From an uncultured Burkholderiales bacterium (GTDB taxonomy: Bacteria > Vulcanimicrobiota > Xenobia > Xenobiales > JADMJV01), in contig CAZYPN010000026.1 of NCBI GenBank assembly GCA_964649085.1, positions 28,971 to 92,970 on the forward strand: a stretch of DNA of 64,000 nt, written 5' to 3'. Below the pieces are notes generated by a model that saw only the letters and a list, made by a program, of their open reading frames with translations, searched no databases and was not told the origin of the DNA. The position numbers and the translations under genes are program-made. Positions 63,156 through 64,000 of this stretch are shown in pieces (the first letter of the stretch is position 1; each line of letters starts with the position of its first letter).

Positions 63156-63986
63156 GCCCTCGGGTCCGTCCGGTCCGGGGCGTCCCGGTGTTCCGTTGCG
63201 CCCGTTGCGGCCGCTGAAGGGTTGGCCGTTGTTGAAATAGCCCACGGCTCCCAGTCCCCCGCGGCCGCCACTTCCGCCCGGTCCTCCCGGTCCGCCGCGC
63301 ACATCCACCTGCAGGTACTTTTCCACCGCCAGTCCGTGAGATGTAATGCGCACCGTGCCTCCGCGACCGCCGGGGCCGCCCTGGCCGCCGTCGCCCCCCG
63401 GTCGGCCATCGGCGTCATAGGGGTTGAGACTGGTGCCTCCCAGGCCGGGCTGCCCGGCACCGCCGGGTCCTCCCGGGCCACCCCGCGCCTCGATGATCAC
63501 AGGTGGAGCCCCTTCCACCAGCAGAAACTTGCGATTCTGCACCGATAGCACCACTCCGGCGGGGCTGGGTTGCAGGTCAACATCCACCACCGGCCCGTCT
63601 CCGCCCGGCAGGCCCATCAGTCCGTGAATCGAGTCGCTGCGTCGGCGGTCGGGTGGGGCGGGCTTGCCAACAAATCGAAACTCATCGCCGCTGGAAAACT
63701 GAAAGGAGTTCCAACCCGTGTCGGGGGCGTTGCTCAGCGGGCTCACCATCCAGCGGTAGAGCACACCCGGTCGCACGGACAGGGGAAAGCCTCGCCCCTG
63801 AACCCGGGTGTCGATCAGGGGGCGCCCCGAACCCTGCACGCTCAGTTGAAACTCTTTGCCGGGCAGATCCCACTGCAGCAAAATCTCCGAGACTCGCCCC
63901 AACATGTGGGCGCCATCCGGGGGGTAGGTTTGGCTCCAGGCCAGCGGCGTCAGGCTCAGCGCCAGCAAAGCGGCTTTCCAGGTCAT
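63138..63986 (-). CDS. Secreted protein with Gly-rich collagen-like GGPGGPGG repeats
   Basis: Signal peptide MTWKAALLALSLTPLAWSQ; repeated GGPGGPGG/GRPGGDGG tracts. Confidence 0.6.
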   Translation of the reverse strand: MTWKAALLALSLTPLAWSQTYPPDGAHMLGRVSEILLQWDLPGKEFQLSVQGSGRPLIDTRVQGRGFPLSVRPGVLYRWMVSPLSNAPDTGWNSFQFSSGDEFRFVGKPAPPDRRRSDSIHGLMGLPGGDGPVVDVDLQPSPAGVVLSVQNRKFLLVEGAPPVIIEARGGPGGPGGAGQPGLGGTSLNPYDADGRPGGDGGQGGPGGRGGTVRITSHGLAVEKYLQVDVRGGPGGPGGSGGRGGLGAVGYFNNGQPFSGRNGRNGTPGRPGPDGPEGSVQVR

Positions 63987-64000
63987 TGCGTTGGCTTTGA

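Overview
High-GC (about 65-68%) bacterial chromosomal window, densely coding on both strands. Many long antisense ORFs in the six-frame track are GC-driven artefacts, so I chose the strand with recognisable domain signatures or normal amino-acid composition. Identifiable content: a transglutaminase-like protein; a Uma2-family endonuclease with 21-bp tandem repeats; a G6PD-like gene; a CPBP protease / GNAT / small-ORF trio; two clusters of prepilin-type pseudopilin genes (one encoding a 619-aa pseudopilin with a beta-propeller) plus a GspF/PilC platform gene; a GalT-type nucleotidyltransferase fused to a Nudix hydrolase; a DUF1111 di-haem peroxidase-like pair; a dihydropyrimidinase; a LysM-NlpC/P60 hydrolase; a 1077-aa protein that is two consecutive CHASE2-cyclase modules, preceded by a FecR-domain secreted protein; a low-GC Rpn/PD-(D/E)XK nuclease island; a hbd-crt-thiolase-moeA metabolic cluster; tatA-tatC-tatA; rex; a CofE-like ligase; two giant Ser/Thr kinases; folA; a VapC remnant. 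The most unusual locus is a co-directional operon of a FecR-domain secreted protein, a membrane protein and a 1075-aa tubulin/FtsZ-like GTPase (GGTGSG signature). All calls rest on motifs read by eye from the translations. No searches were run.
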